Positions 8,598 to 23,341 of a stretch of DNA of 64,000 nt are shown piece by piece (position 1 is the first letter of the stretch; every line of letters starts with the position of its first letter). The notes below the pieces were generated by a model. It ran no database searches. It saw only the letters and a list, made by a program, of their open reading frames with translations, and was not told where the DNA came from. The DNA lies in NCBI GenBank assembly GCA_963668315.1, contig OY764216.1, positions 2,656,001 to 2,720,000 on the forward strand. The letters run 5' to 3'. Position numbers and translations under genes: made by a program. This DNA comes from Spirochaetia bacterium (GTDB lineage Bacteria; Spirochaetota; Spirochaetia; DSM-2461).

Positions 8598-9960
8598 GAT
8601 ACTTATTGTTGATGACGAGAAAAATATCCGCGTGGGACTGGGAAAGTCACTGGAGATGGAAGGCTACGAGATCTATCTGGCGGAAAACGGCAATGAAGCC
8701 ATGAAGGAGATGCTCAGGACCAGTATCGATCTGGTTGTGACTGACCTGAGAATGCCCGGCATGTCCGGGGAGGAACTTCTCAAGAAGCTGACGAATGCCT
8801 ATCCCACGGTTCCGGTGATTATCCTGACCGGACACGGTACGGTGGAGAATGCCGTGGACGCCATGCGCAACGGCGCCTTTGATTTTCTCACCAAGCCGGT
8901 GAATCTGGACAGACTGGGTCTGCTGGCCAAGCGGGCTCTCTCCAACCGTAAGCTGATTGTGGAGCACCAGGCCCTCCAGAAAGAGGTGGAGAGGCTGGAG
9001 AAAAAAAAGAACCAGGCCATTATCGGACGGTCCAGCGCGCTGAACCGGGTTCTGGAACTGGTGGAGCAGGTCGGGCAGACGAAGGTATCCGTTCTGATAA
9101 CCGGAGAAAGCGGTGTGGGTAAGGAGCTGGTGGCCGACGCCATTCATAACTCCTCTCCCCGTAAGGATAAACCCTTTATCAAAGTCCACTGCGCCGCCCT
9201 GACCGAATCCCTCCTGGAGAGCGAACTGTTCGGCCATGAAAAGGGAGCCTTTACCGGGGCGTCGGCCCAGAGAAAGGGCCGGTTTGAACTAGCCGACGGA
9301 GGGACCATTTTTCTCGATGAAATCGGCGAGATCAATCCTTCCGTGCAGATAAAAATCCTCCGGGTTCTCCAGGAGAAAACCTTCGAGCGGGTGGGAGGGG
9401 AAAAAACAATCTCCGTGGATACCCGTATCATCGCCGCTACCAACCGGGATCTGAAGGAAGAGGTGGAAAAGGGCAATTTCCGGGAAGATCTTTACTACCG
9501 GCTGAACGTGGTCAATATCCATGTGCCCCCCCTGAGGGAGCGCAAGGACGATATCCCCCTCCTGGCTTCGGCCTTTCTGGAACAGTTTTCCGCGGAGAAT
9601 GAAAAGGCCATCGAGGGAATTGAGAACAAGGCTTCCACCATGCTCTATAATTATAACTGGCCCGGCAACATCAGGGAACTGCGCAACTGTATGGAGAGCG
9701 CGGTGGTGCTCTGCAAGAAACATATCATCGGACCCGACGATCTTCCCCCCGGAGTCCGCACAAATGAAGAAGAGGGGGTTATCCGCATCGAACTCGGCAC
9801 ATCCATGGCTGAAGCGGAGAAAATCATAATCCGGCAGACCCTGAAAGGGGTGAACAATAACAAGAGCCGGGCTTCGGAAATCCTGGGCATAGGAAGAAAG
9901 ACTCTGCACAGGAAAATCCATGACTACGGTCTGGAGGAGGAGTTTCTGACCCGTGGATAG
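8587..9960 (+). CDS. sigma54-dependent response regulator (Rrp2/NtrC-like)
   Basis: Receiver domain (DLRMP), GESGVGKE, GAFTGA, FLDEIGE, WPGNIREL, Fis-type HTH. Confidence 0.96.
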   Translation: MTFKILIVDDEKNIRVGLGKSLEMEGYEIYLAENGNEAMKEMLRTSIDLVVTDLRMPGMSGEELLKKLTNAYPTVPVIILTGHGTVENAVDAMRNGAFDFLTKPVNLDRLGLLAKRALSNRKLIVEHQALQKEVERLEKKKNQAIIGRSSALNRVLELVEQVGQTKVSVLITGESGVGKELVADAIHNSSPRKDKPFIKVHCAALTESLLESELFGHEKGAFTGASAQRKGRFELADGGTIFLDEIGEINPSVQIKILRVLQEKTFERVGGEKTISVDTRIIAATNRDLKEEVEKGNFREDLYYRLNVVNIHVPPLRERKDDIPLLASAFLEQFSAENEKAIEGIENKASTMLYNYNWPGNIRELRNCMESAVVLCKKHIIGPDDLPPGVRTNEEEGVIRIELGTSMAEAEKIIIRQTLKGVNNNKSRASEILGIGRKTLHRKIHDYGLEEEFLTRG

Positions 9961-9972
9961 AAGGGGATCGCA

Positions 9973-12312
9973 GTGAAAGGATTTCTTCTGACCCATGAGT
10001 ACCGCGATCAGGGCGGACAGGTGCAGATTCACCTTCACGGGATTGGTGAAGACGGTCCTTTTCTGATTATCGTGGATAATCAGAAGCCACTGTTTTTCAT
10101 TAAGCGGCAGTCCGTTCTCCCCGATGGTCTGAAGGTTCTGAGAAAACCGGTGGAGCTGACGACATTTTTCCGGCAACCGGTGGACTGCCTCTATTTTTCC
10201 TCCAAAAGCGACTATTTCAGCGGGAGGGATCTCCTTAAAAACAACGGCGTTTCCCTGTACGAGTCCGATGTGAGTCTTCCCGAGCGTTTCCTTATGGAAC
10301 GGTTTATCCGGGGGGCGGCGGAAATCGAAGGGGAGGGACGCCTCCAGCCCGTACGGAACGGGAAGGGGGAGCTTCTTGTCTTCCGTAATCCCAAAATCCG
10401 ACCCCTTACCTACAAGCCCGATTTTCGTCTGCTCTCCCTCGATATCGAAACGGGCCAGCGGGGGGAACTCTACTCCATAGCCGTTCAGGGAACGGGCAGG
10501 GGCGTACCGCCCGAGATGGGGCGCGAAGGGGAGACCCGCTGTTTCATGGCCGATGACGTCCGGGATGAGAAGATCATACTGACCGATTTCCTGGACTGGT
10601 TCGCTTCCTTCGATCCGGATATTATCATTGGCTGGCATGTCATCGGCTTTGATCTGATGTTCCTGGAAAAAAAGTGCCGCGAGCACAATATTCCCTTTGC
10701 CCTGGGCCGTCAGGGAGAGACTCCCTTTCTCTCCGAGAAGCGTTCGGGCATCTATTCCGCTTCCCTTTCCGGCCGACTTGTTATCGACGGCCCTCCGACC
10801 TTGAGAGCGGCCTTTTACAAGTTTGAGAATTACAGCCTCGAAACGGTGGCTCACGAACTTTTAGGGAAGGGGAAGGATATCCGTCCCGACGAAGATAAAA
10901 TCGCCGAGATAGAGAGGCGTTTCCGGGAGGACAAGGAGGCTCTGGCCCGGTATAATCTCGAAGACTGCGTACTGGTCACGGATATTTTCTCCCGAACGGC
11001 GATTCTTGATCAGCTGGTGACCCGTTCGCTCATTTCCGGTATGGCCCTTGACCGGGTCTCCCTGTCCGTTGCCTCCTTTGACTTCTTCTATCTCCCCCGA
11101 CTCCACCGCAAAGGCATGGTCGCTCCCGATACGTCGGATATCGTTTCAGGAGACCAGGCCGCGGGGGGCTACGTTTTCTCTTCCGATGCAGGCCTCTATG
11201 AGTACGTGGCGGTGCTTGACTTCAAAAGCCTGTACCCCTCCATCATAAGAACGTTCCATATCGATCCCTGGTCGCGGCTGAACAGCGGGAAAGATCCCTT
11301 GAGCACTCCCACGGGACTGGTCTTCTCACGGACCGAAGAGATCCTTCCCGATTTTCTGGAAGAGCTGATGGAGATCCGTGCCCAGGCGAAAAGGGACGGG
11401 GACGATCATCTGTCACAGGCGGTAAAAATCCTCATGAACAGCTTCTACGGCGTGATGGGGACCACGGGCTGCCGGTTTTACCACGCCGACCTTCCCACGG
11501 CCATTACGGGCACGGGTCAGTGGATTCTCAAGGAGAGTTCGGCCTACCTCAGGGAACGGGGATACTCAGTCATCTACGGCGATACGGACTCCCTCTTCGT
11601 CTGCCTCTCCGAGCATCCTGAGTATTCCCATGAAGAAGAGGCGGCTCGTCTAACTGCTGATATCAACAAGTACTGGGCTGAACGGCTGAGAAAGGAGTTT
11701 GATCTGGAATCCTACCTGGAATTGGAATGGGAGAAGCTCTACCGCCACTTTCTCATTCCCCCCATCCGGGGCAGCCGCGAGGGAGCCACCAAGCGGTATG
11801 CGGGAAGAAAGACCGACGGCACCTTGGAACTAAAGGGGCTGGAGTTCGTCCGCAGCGACTGGACCGCCTTGGCGAAAAGATTTCAGTATGAGTTGTTCGA
11901 ACGATTCTTTGATCTCCAGGAAAGGGAAAAGGGTACGCCCATGGAAGAAGAACGGCATGAACTCAAAATGTGGGTCCGCCTTTTTGTGGAGGATATCAAG
12001 GCGGGTCGATTTGACGGAGAACTGGTCTATAAGCGGCGGTTAACGAAGAAGACGGAAGGATATACTAAGAGTACTCCTCCCCACGTGAAGGCTATACGGA
12101 TGCTTGACGACGCTGGTATCGTGCACGGGCGGGATGTGGAGTACGTGATGACCCCGGCCGGGCCTGTCCCGTTGCAGCTGAACCCGGAGGAGCTGGATTA
12201 CAACCACTATCTGGAAAAGCAGATCGTCCCCCTGGCGGATGGGGTTCTCTTTGCCCTGGGGCTGACCTTTGACGGGATAATCGACGGGGAGCAGCTGGAT
12301 TTGTTTGGGTGA
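9973..12312 (+). CDS. polB: DNA polymerase II (family B)
   Basis: Exonuclease motifs DIET, FD, YNLED; polymerase motifs DFKSLYPS, KILMNSFYG, YGDTDS; C-terminal clamp-binding QLDLF. Confidence 0.95.
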   Translation: MKGFLLTHEYRDQGGQVQIHLHGIGEDGPFLIIVDNQKPLFFIKRQSVLPDGLKVLRKPVELTTFFRQPVDCLYFSSKSDYFSGRDLLKNNGVSLYESDVSLPERFLMERFIRGAAEIEGEGRLQPVRNGKGELLVFRNPKIRPLTYKPDFRLLSLDIETGQRGELYSIAVQGTGRGVPPEMGREGETRCFMADDVRDEKIILTDFLDWFASFDPDIIIGWHVIGFDLMFLEKKCREHNIPFALGRQGETPFLSEKRSGIYSASLSGRLVIDGPPTLRAAFYKFENYSLETVAHELLGKGKDIRPDEDKIAEIERRFREDKEALARYNLEDCVLVTDIFSRTAILDQLVTRSLISGMALDRVSLSVASFDFFYLPRLHRKGMVAPDTSDIVSGDQAAGGYVFSSDAGLYEYVAVLDFKSLYPSIIRTFHIDPWSRLNSGKDPLSTPTGLVFSRTEEILPDFLEELMEIRAQAKRDGDDHLSQAVKILMNSFYGVMGTTGCRFYHADLPTAITGTGQWILKESSAYLRERGYSVIYGDTDSLFVCLSEHPEYSHEEEAARLTADINKYWAERLRKEFDLESYLELEWEKLYRHFLIPPIRGSREGATKRYAGRKTDGTLELKGLEFVRSDWTALAKRFQYELFERFFDLQEREKGTPMEEERHELKMWVRLFVEDIKAGRFDGELVYKRRLTKKTEGYTKSTPPHVKAIRMLDDAGIVHGRDVEYVMTPAGPVPLQLNPEELDYNHYLEKQIVPLADGVLFALGLTFDGIIDGEQLDLFG
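11422..12312 (+). repeat. copy 1 of an 891-bp diverged direct repeat (polB 3' end); copy 2 at 24346-25236
   Basis: Same length and colinear codon by codon; by hand count 31 differences in the first 180 nt. Confidence 0.95.
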
Positions 12313-12636
12313 ATGGCAAAAGTTGACGGTTGAAGGCGGTTGGATTAAATCTGAATAATATTAGATCGTTCCGGCCTTGGGGGTATAAGGCCGTCCTGCA
12401 TTCATCGGTTGAAAATGGCAGGGTGCGCCACTTAGCGGAATGCCTGAAAACAGGGAAGGTTGCCCATAAGCCTGGTATGTTATAATGTAAAGTTTAATTA
12501 TATTGAATAGAAGGCGGCTTATGTTTATGGATGGCTATATGGCTCAGACCTGCCGATTCCATAAATTTCTTTATTAAGAGTTAATGCTTCTTAGCTCCCT
12601 AAGCTGTCGTTATGGCATCTTGTCTCCTCCTTTCTG

Positions 12637-14061
12637 TCATCTGCCTGCCGCGTATTCCAGAATCCCGTCAGTAAGCATTTCGGCCTGTTCCTCCCGGAGG
12701 TTCGGATCCCTGATCGCCCAGCAGTTTCTCTTAAAGTAGAGGTTTCTCGTCTCGATCAGCGCGGCCGCATCGGCCGGGTTATCCCGAAGTACGCAGACGT
12801 TTTCCTCGTGGGAAAAGGCGTTCAGCCCCAGCTTGGAAGCAAGCGTCTCCGCCAGGGATTCCGATCTCTGCTGTTCCCCGTCGTCAGAGCCGTAGTAAAG
12901 AACAGCCGTCCCCTCGGGAAGATTGGGGGAATTGTCCGCATGGATGCTCAGGTAAAGGGATTTTTGTCTTGAAGACCTTCTCAGGTACTCCCCGGCCAGG
13001 GTTTTTCTCATTTCAAGACCCTTGTTTGTTCCAATGGGCCTGAAATCATCGCTCCCCGGAACATTTACCGTATTGTATACTTCGTTTTTCTGATGGGGAA
13101 AGGTCAGTCCCGGTGTCCCGTTTCTGACAATATGATTGGGGCTTATCACCGTCAGGTGTACCTCCGCGCCGTGAAGCTTCAATAAGCGGTACAGCCTCAG
13201 GGCCGTATCGTAGGCGTATTCATCCTCCACTACAAAAATTGGACGTCCCAGGCCGTCTTCTCCAGAGACAATGGCTCCGGAGTCATAACCCCCGTGACCG
13301 GGATCCAGAATAATTGCCCAGTCTTTCAGTTCGCTCCCCCTTTTCGGTAAAGCGGATATTTGCCGGTCATAGGATTCCAGCAGTTCCCTGGCCTGGGAGT
13401 AATCCTCCCTTATGGATTGAGTGGGCATTTCATAATAGTTAAGGCTCTCCTGACGATCGCCAGCGGGAACCTGGTAATAGTACTCATCCGAGGCCCGGTT
13501 ATCGGCTTGAACGGTCCTTTTCTCTATTTCTGCCGGTTCATCCGCTGTAGGCGGTTCCAGGCACAGACTCATTCCCACGCGGATATTTCCGGAGGCAAGA
13601 TTATTCCACTCCTTCAGTTCGCCGATTCCTATATCGTACAGGAGTGATATCCAGGACAGGGTGTCCCCCTTCTCAACGGTATAAGTTTCTCCCCGCCTGG
13701 GAATTCTGGGCAGATAAATCGTCTGACCGATGTTTATTTCCATCTTTTCCAGTCTGTTGATTCCCATGAGCTTCTCCACGGAAACATCGAAGGCATAGGC
13801 CAGGACCGACAAAGAATCTCCCGGCATGACCGTATATTCTCTCTGTTCCCTGCATTCGGGAATTATCAGTTTCTGCCCAGAAGCTATGGAATCCTCTTCT
13901 AGATGATTTATCACCATAATCCTGTCAAGGGATATATTGAAATTCGAAGATATGCCGGACAAAGTGTCATATTTTTTTACTTCGTAGCTGAGACTGTGGG
14001 CCTCTATCAAGGGAAAAATGACGAAGAGGATGATTCCGATAAGGGAGCTGAACCTGACCAT
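12637..14061 (-). CDS. secreted LysM x3 N-acetylmuramoyl-L-alanine amidase (Amidase_3)
   Basis: Signal peptide; three Y-x-V-x-x-(G/Y)D-(T/S)-L LysM repeats; ILDPGHGG, E, SIHAD, LIE zinc-amidase motifs. Confidence 0.9.
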   Translation of the reverse strand: MVRFSSLIGIILFVIFPLIEAHSLSYEVKKYDTLSGISSNFNISLDRIMVINHLEEDSIASGQKLIIPECREQREYTVMPGDSLSVLAYAFDVSVEKLMGINRLEKMEINIGQTIYLPRIPRRGETYTVEKGDTLSWISLLYDIGIGELKEWNNLASGNIRVGMSLCLEPPTADEPAEIEKRTVQADNRASDEYYYQVPAGDRQESLNYYEMPTQSIREDYSQARELLESYDRQISALPKRGSELKDWAIILDPGHGGYDSGAIVSGEDGLGRPIFVVEDEYAYDTALRLYRLLKLHGAEVHLTVISPNHIVRNGTPGLTFPHQKNEVYNTVNVPGSDDFRPIGTNKGLEMRKTLAGEYLRRSSRQKSLYLSIHADNSPNLPEGTAVLYYGSDDGEQQRSESLAETLASKLGLNAFSHEENVCVLRDNPADAAALIETRNLYFKRNCWAIRDPNLREEQAEMLTDGILEYAAGR

Positions 14062-14064
14062 GAA

Positions 14065-15225
14065 TTATTCCCTGGTTCTGATTGTCAGAACGCGATTTTC
14101 AAAGGCGGCGCGTGTTGGGAATTCGGTGTAATGCCTGGGCTGATCGGTACTGATCTCCGGGTCCCAGATGAGAAAATCCCCCGAATCATCCAGCTCCGGA
14201 TTCAGATACCTCACATGTTCTCCCAGGACCATTCCCCTTTCATTGATTTTGGGGCCCCAGCGGGTCGGATGTCCTATAACCCAGATGATCGCTCCCAGAA
14301 AGGATTCGTCATGGAGGCACAGGTCTTTCAGTTCCCCATCGCTCAGAATCTCCTCCCTGATCTCGTAAAGGTCATCCTTGCCGTTAAGGGAGAGCCAGTA
14401 CTCCAAGCTATCCTTGACTACCGGGGGATGGGCACCATAATTATCCCACAATATCTCCCCGTCCTTTCCCCTGCGTCCCTGGTCTATATTCGTGCAGACG
14501 AAGGTCGTCTCCGGATCAAAACCCTTCGGCATCCGGTCCAGGATTGTATCCTCATCCTCTTCAATGTCCGCCATAGCGAGGAAAAGGCGGATCAGGGCGG
14601 CTTCGCAGCTTAGGACATGCTGTTGATAATAGCTCTGGTGGTTATGTGTAAGCCAGTCTGCGGCATCTTTTTTTTCCGTTATCGGAGGATGGGGCAGCCA
14701 CTCCTCCCCCGGGGTGATCCCGTAAATGTGGAGGATCGATCCGGAAGGGACGTTCTCGTAAAACCATTGTGCATCCTCCACGGACAATCGTATGCAGCCA
14801 TGGGAGGACGGTCTGCCCAGAAGTGTTTCCTGTTCGTGAATGACCACCCGATCTTCTGTCATGGGAACGGAGTGGAAAAGATAAATACCCCCGATGAACC
14901 CTACCCAGTATTCCGCCCCTTCATGAAATGTCTTTGAGAAAAACCATTCACCCCGTTTCTTTCCGCTTTTATCAATTATAAACCGGCCGGTGGGCGTGGC
15001 ATTGTCAGCCGTTGGGATTCCCGAGGAGCAGACCATGGTTCTGATCATTTCTCCTTCTTTGTAGACGAAAACCCGCTGTTGTGACAAATCAACGGTGACC
15101 ACGTATTCCGTTTCCGCAAGGTTAAAAGGTGAAATGATTTTTACATCCCGATTTGACTGGCCTGTGAGAGCGGCGTATACAAAAAGAGTGAGTAGTAAGC
15201 CTGTTAGTCGTTTTATTGCTGTCAT
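14065..15225 (-). CDS. L,D-transpeptidase (YkuD) fused to a C39-like cysteine peptidase domain
   Basis: VDLSQQR, TPTGRF, FHS...SHGCIRL; C-terminal half QQHVLSCEAA / EHV / IWDP. Confidence 0.82.
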   Translation of the reverse strand: MTAIKRLTGLLLTLFVYAALTGQSNRDVKIISPFNLAETEYVVTVDLSQQRVFVYKEGEMIRTMVCSSGIPTADNATPTGRFIIDKSGKKRGEWFFSKTFHEGAEYWVGFIGGIYLFHSVPMTEDRVVIHEQETLLGRPSSHGCIRLSVEDAQWFYENVPSGSILHIYGITPGEEWLPHPPITEKKDAADWLTHNHQSYYQQHVLSCEAALIRLFLAMADIEEDEDTILDRMPKGFDPETTFVCTNIDQGRRGKDGEILWDNYGAHPPVVKDSLEYWLSLNGKDDLYEIREEILSDGELKDLCLHDESFLGAIIWVIGHPTRWGPKINERGMVLGEHVRYLNPELDDSGDFLIWDPEISTDQPRHYTEFPTRAAFENRVLTIRTRE

Positions 15226-15421
15226 TTCTACAAAAGTATTTCAAAGTAAAGGATATTAGTCAATACTAATAATGTCTGCAAAAAATAGATTAAAATAAAA
15301 AGTTTTTTAGAAAAATTTGAAAACAGGAGTGTAATATCTTAGGCTTTTGTGGGGACATTTCAAAAATGAGTACTAAAAAACATCTCAATATCGTTTATAT
15401 ACAGACAATTAAGGTAGGTAA

Positions 15422-20024
<4,603 letters not shown>

Positions 20025-20088
20025 TATGGCTTATTGAAAGGAGACCTGACCCGGGTTCGCGGGATTTACCGTCCCCGGGGGAAAAATT

Positions 20089-20505
20089 ATGAAAAGAGTT
20101 CTGCTTCTGGCTGCCGGAAATATCTCCCTCTCTCTGGGAATTGTAGGGGTTTTTCTCCCCGTTTTGCCTACTACCCCCTTTCTTCTTCTATCAGCGGCCT
20201 GCTACGTGAAGAGCTCGGAGAGACTCTACAACTGGCTGATTCATCATCCCGTTCTGGGACTCTACATACGCTCCTACATCCTTTACAGGGCGATAACGGT
20301 CAGGGCCAAGATCATCTCTATCGCAGCTCTCTGGATTGTTATCGCCTCGTCGGTTTTTTTCTTTGTCAGCCTGCTCTGGCTGCGTATCCTGCTGGCGGTT
20401 ATTGCCCTGGGGGTCACGGTTTACCTGGTTAGTATAAAGACGCTGACGAAGGATATGATGGCAGCGGACGGGGAAAGTGATCACACCGTCCCCGGAAATG
20501 TATAA
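20089..20505 (+). CDS. ybaN: YbaN/DUF454 membrane protein
   Basis: LGIVGVFLPVLPTTPFLLLSAACY..SS.RLY.WL signature. Confidence 0.9.
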   Translation: MKRVLLLAAGNISLSLGIVGVFLPVLPTTPFLLLSAACYVKSSERLYNWLIHHPVLGLYIRSYILYRAITVRAKIISIAALWIVIASSVFFFVSLLWLRILLAVIALGVTVYLVSIKTLTKDMMAADGESDHTVPGNV

Positions 20506-20533
20506 GGGAGTAGCTGTGATTATCTGGTGATGT

Positions 20534-21310
20534 ATGGAAACAAAAAAGTCGAACCAAGGCAAAAAAATCATATTTGTATACCCTCCGGAAGTGGTAAAGC
20601 AGCAACTGATGGTTGTTCTTTCGGAGAATGAATTCGAAGTCTACTCCCTGAGGGACCAGAAGAAGGTCAGGCAGATAGCCTCCGCCTACGGGGAGAGTAT
20701 CTTCTTTCTGAATCTTGACGACGGTCTGAAGGAAGATATGTGGGAGCAGTTCATTCAGAAAATCAAACTGGAGATTGCCGACCTCCAGTTAGGGCTCTTG
20801 TCCTTTAATGTATCGAGCCCGGAACAGATCCAGCATTACGTTCTTGATTATGGGGTGAACTGCGGATTTATTCAGCTTAAGCAGGGGGCTAAGGCGGCGG
20901 AGGAGATGCTGCTTAAGACTCTGCAGGTCAATGAAGCCAAGGGGCGGCGTAAGTATGTCCGGTACTCTTGCAGAGAATCGGATCAGGTTTCCCTGAACTT
21001 CAAAGTGGGAGATAGCTTCATAAAGGGGGCTATCGAGGACATCAGTTCCGTGGGGATGGCCTGCCGGATCCTGTCGCCCCAGGTTTCCCTGGTTAAAAAC
21101 CAGATGGTGCCGGATATCCAGCTGAAGCTGCGGGGGACTCTCATTCATACGGGCGGAGTTGTTCTGGGGCAGAGAAATATGCCTGATGGGACTCTCAAAT
21201 TCGTTATTCTCTTTACGGATGACAAGCTGCATAAGTCAAAAAATCAAATCCGATCCTTTATACATTTTTCCCTTCAGAAAAAATTTAATGAGGAATTCAA
21301 ATTGGATTGA
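20534..21310 (+). CDS. PilZ-domain (c-di-GMP receptor) protein
   Basis: RRKYVR (RxxxR) and DISSVG (DxSxxG) motifs. Confidence 0.85.
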   Translation: METKKSNQGKKIIFVYPPEVVKQQLMVVLSENEFEVYSLRDQKKVRQIASAYGESIFFLNLDDGLKEDMWEQFIQKIKLEIADLQLGLLSFNVSSPEQIQHYVLDYGVNCGFIQLKQGAKAAEEMLLKTLQVNEAKGRRKYVRYSCRESDQVSLNFKVGDSFIKGAIEDISSVGMACRILSPQVSLVKNQMVPDIQLKLRGTLIHTGGVVLGQRNMPDGTLKFVILFTDDKLHKSKNQIRSFIHFSLQKKFNEEFKLD

Positions 21311-21438
21311 CAGAGGGAAAACTGGATGTTTTATAGTCTGTCTTATTGATAGTAAATTATTATATAAAAAAATAAGACAAAATAATTTGCATATGCTCAT
21401 TTTCCCTTTATAATGTAAAAAAAGGGGATAAATAAATT

Positions 21439-22113
21439 ATGAGTAAATTTGTCTGTTCTATCTGCGGCTTCATATATGATGAGGCCGGCGGTTATCCCGA
21501 CGGTAATATTCCGCCGGGTACGCTCTGGCCTGATGTTCCATCTTCCTTTGTCTGCCCCTTGTGCGGCGCCTCCAAAGCGGAATTTCATGAAAGGGAGGAA
21601 GCTTCTTCCTCTCCGGCTGCTCCGGTTGATCCGGGAAGTCCCGTCGCTCTGCCGGAAGATCTCAGCTACACATCGACTGAACTGTCCGCTATATTCTCCA
21701 ATCTGGCAAAGGGCTGCGAAAAACAGTACGATCCGGAAACGGCGGAACTTTACAATCAGCTGTCATCCTATTACGGCGGAAAGTCGGAATACGGGGGAAA
21801 GGCAGATTTCGAAAGTATGAAGACTCTTCTTCAGAAGGATCTGGATACCAGCTTTTCTATTGCCAATGGGATAGCCGGCAAGAGTCATGACCGGGGATCT
21901 CTCCGTGCCCTGAAGTGGGCCGAACAGGTTTCCAAAATGATCAAGTCGCACCTGGGCCGGCTTGAATCGGGTACTCCTTCCTATATCGAAAATACCAATG
22001 TGTATGTCTGCGAGATCTGCGGGTTCCTTTTCGTAGGCGATGAAAAACCGGAAATCTGTCCGGTCTGCAAGGTTCCCAGTATGAAAATGACGCAGATAAG
22101 GAGGGGGGCCTAG
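21439..22113 (+). CDS. double rubredoxin-domain protein
   Basis: CSICG..YDEAGG..W..VP..FVCPLCG at the N-terminus; CEICG..CPVC at the C-terminus; helical linker between. Confidence 0.85.
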   Translation: MSKFVCSICGFIYDEAGGYPDGNIPPGTLWPDVPSSFVCPLCGASKAEFHEREEASSSPAAPVDPGSPVALPEDLSYTSTELSAIFSNLAKGCEKQYDPETAELYNQLSSYYGGKSEYGGKADFESMKTLLQKDLDTSFSIANGIAGKSHDRGSLRALKWAEQVSKMIKSHLGRLESGTPSYIENTNVYVCEICGFLFVGDEKPEICPVCKVPSMKMTQIRRGA

Positions 22114-22114
22114 T

Positions 22115-23290
22115 ATGCATGCCGTAAGAAATATCCGATTATGTACGAAAGACTGTCTTTGTCTCTACGTCTGTCCCACCGGAGCCACCGATACGGAAAC
22201 CGGTCAGATTGATCCTGATACCTGCATCAGTGGCTGCCGCCTGTGCGTCGATGCCTGTCCTTCCCACGCCATTTCTCTGGTACCGGAGGAATTCCCCGAG
22301 CAGCAGAAGAAATCGGAAGATGTTAAAAAAGCTCTGGGTATTCTGTCCAAAAGCAAAACAGAGCAGGAAAATTTGGCCCGGGAAATAGGAAAGGCATCCG
22401 AAGATCCCCTGGTCAAACAGTTCTCGAAGGCTCTGGCCCTGTCCAACCGTGTCATGGCGGAGGACCTTTTGCGTGAAGCGGGATTCATGCTGCCCCAGAG
22501 CGGTGAAGCTCTGAATCTGATTAAAAAGCTGTCCGCTTCTGATAGCTCGGAATCTTTTCCGAGGGAAGCGGCAGAGAAGTTAATAGGGAAATTAAGCAAG
22601 AATAATGGGGAGAAGGAGAAGAAGGGAATGAAAAGATACAAATGTACAGTCTGCGGATACATCCATGAGGGAGAACTGACGGAGGACTTCAAATGTCCCA
22701 AGTGCGGCCAGCCCGCATCGGTCTTCGAACTGATTGGGGAGAATGAACCAGCTGTCAATAAATACAAGGGTACCAAAACAGAACAGAACCTGATGGAAGC
22801 CTTTGCCGGAGAGAGCCAGGCCCGTAACAAGTACACCTATTTTGCGGATATCGCTAAGAAAGAAGGGTATGATCAGTTGTCGGAAATCTTTCTGAAAACA
22901 GCTGGAAACGAGATGTATCATGCCCGGATCTGGTTTGAAGAACTGGGTAATCTGGGAAAGACGGCTGAGAACCTGCTTCATGCGGCGGAAGGCGAGAATT
23001 ACGAATGGACCGATATGTACGCCGGTTTTGCGAAAGACGCCGAGGAAGAGGGATTTCCCGAACTGGCAGCAAGATTCCGGCGGGTCGCCGCGGTAGAGAA
23101 GGCCCATGAAGAGCGCTACCGGGCTCTCCTTAAGAATGTGGAGATGCAGCAGGTTTTTGAGAAAGGGGAAGAAACCATGTGGGAATGCCGGATCTGCGGT
23201 CACCTTGTCATGGGGAAGAAAGCCCCTGAAGTCTGTCCCATCTGCAAGTATTCCCAGAGCTATTTCGAAGTGAGAAAAGAGAACTACTGA
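22115..23290 (+). CDS. rbr: 4Fe-4S ferredoxin-rubredoxin-rubrerythrin multidomain protein
   Basis: [12 protein letters not shown] / [42 protein letters not shown], ExxH pairs, CRICG..CPIC. Confidence 0.9.
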   Translation: MHAVRNIRLCTKDCLCLYVCPTGATDTETGQIDPDTCISGCRLCVDACPSHAISLVPEEFPEQQKKSEDVKKALGILSKSKTEQENLAREIGKASEDPLVKQFSKALALSNRVMAEDLLREAGFMLPQSGEALNLIKKLSASDSSESFPREAAEKLIGKLSKNNGEKEKKGMKRYKCTVCGYIHEGELTEDFKCPKCGQPASVFELIGENEPAVNKYKGTKTEQNLMEAFAGESQARNKYTYFADIAKKEGYDQLSEIFLKTAGNEMYHARIWFEELGNLGKTAENLLHAAEGENYEWTDMYAGFAKDAEEEGFPELAARFRRVAAVEKAHEERYRALLKNVEMQQVFEKGEETMWECRICGHLVMGKKAPEVCPICKYSQSYFEVRKENY

Positions 23291-23302
23291 TTTCGCTGCT
23301 GT

Positions 23303-23335
23303 CAGAGGCTGACTTGTATATCCTTTCAGCCTCTG
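23303..23335. terminator. hairpin between convergent rubrerythrin and zupT genes
   Basis: CAGAGGCTGA...TCAGCCTCTG, 10-bp stem. Confidence 0.6.
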
Positions 23336-23341
23336 CGGTAT

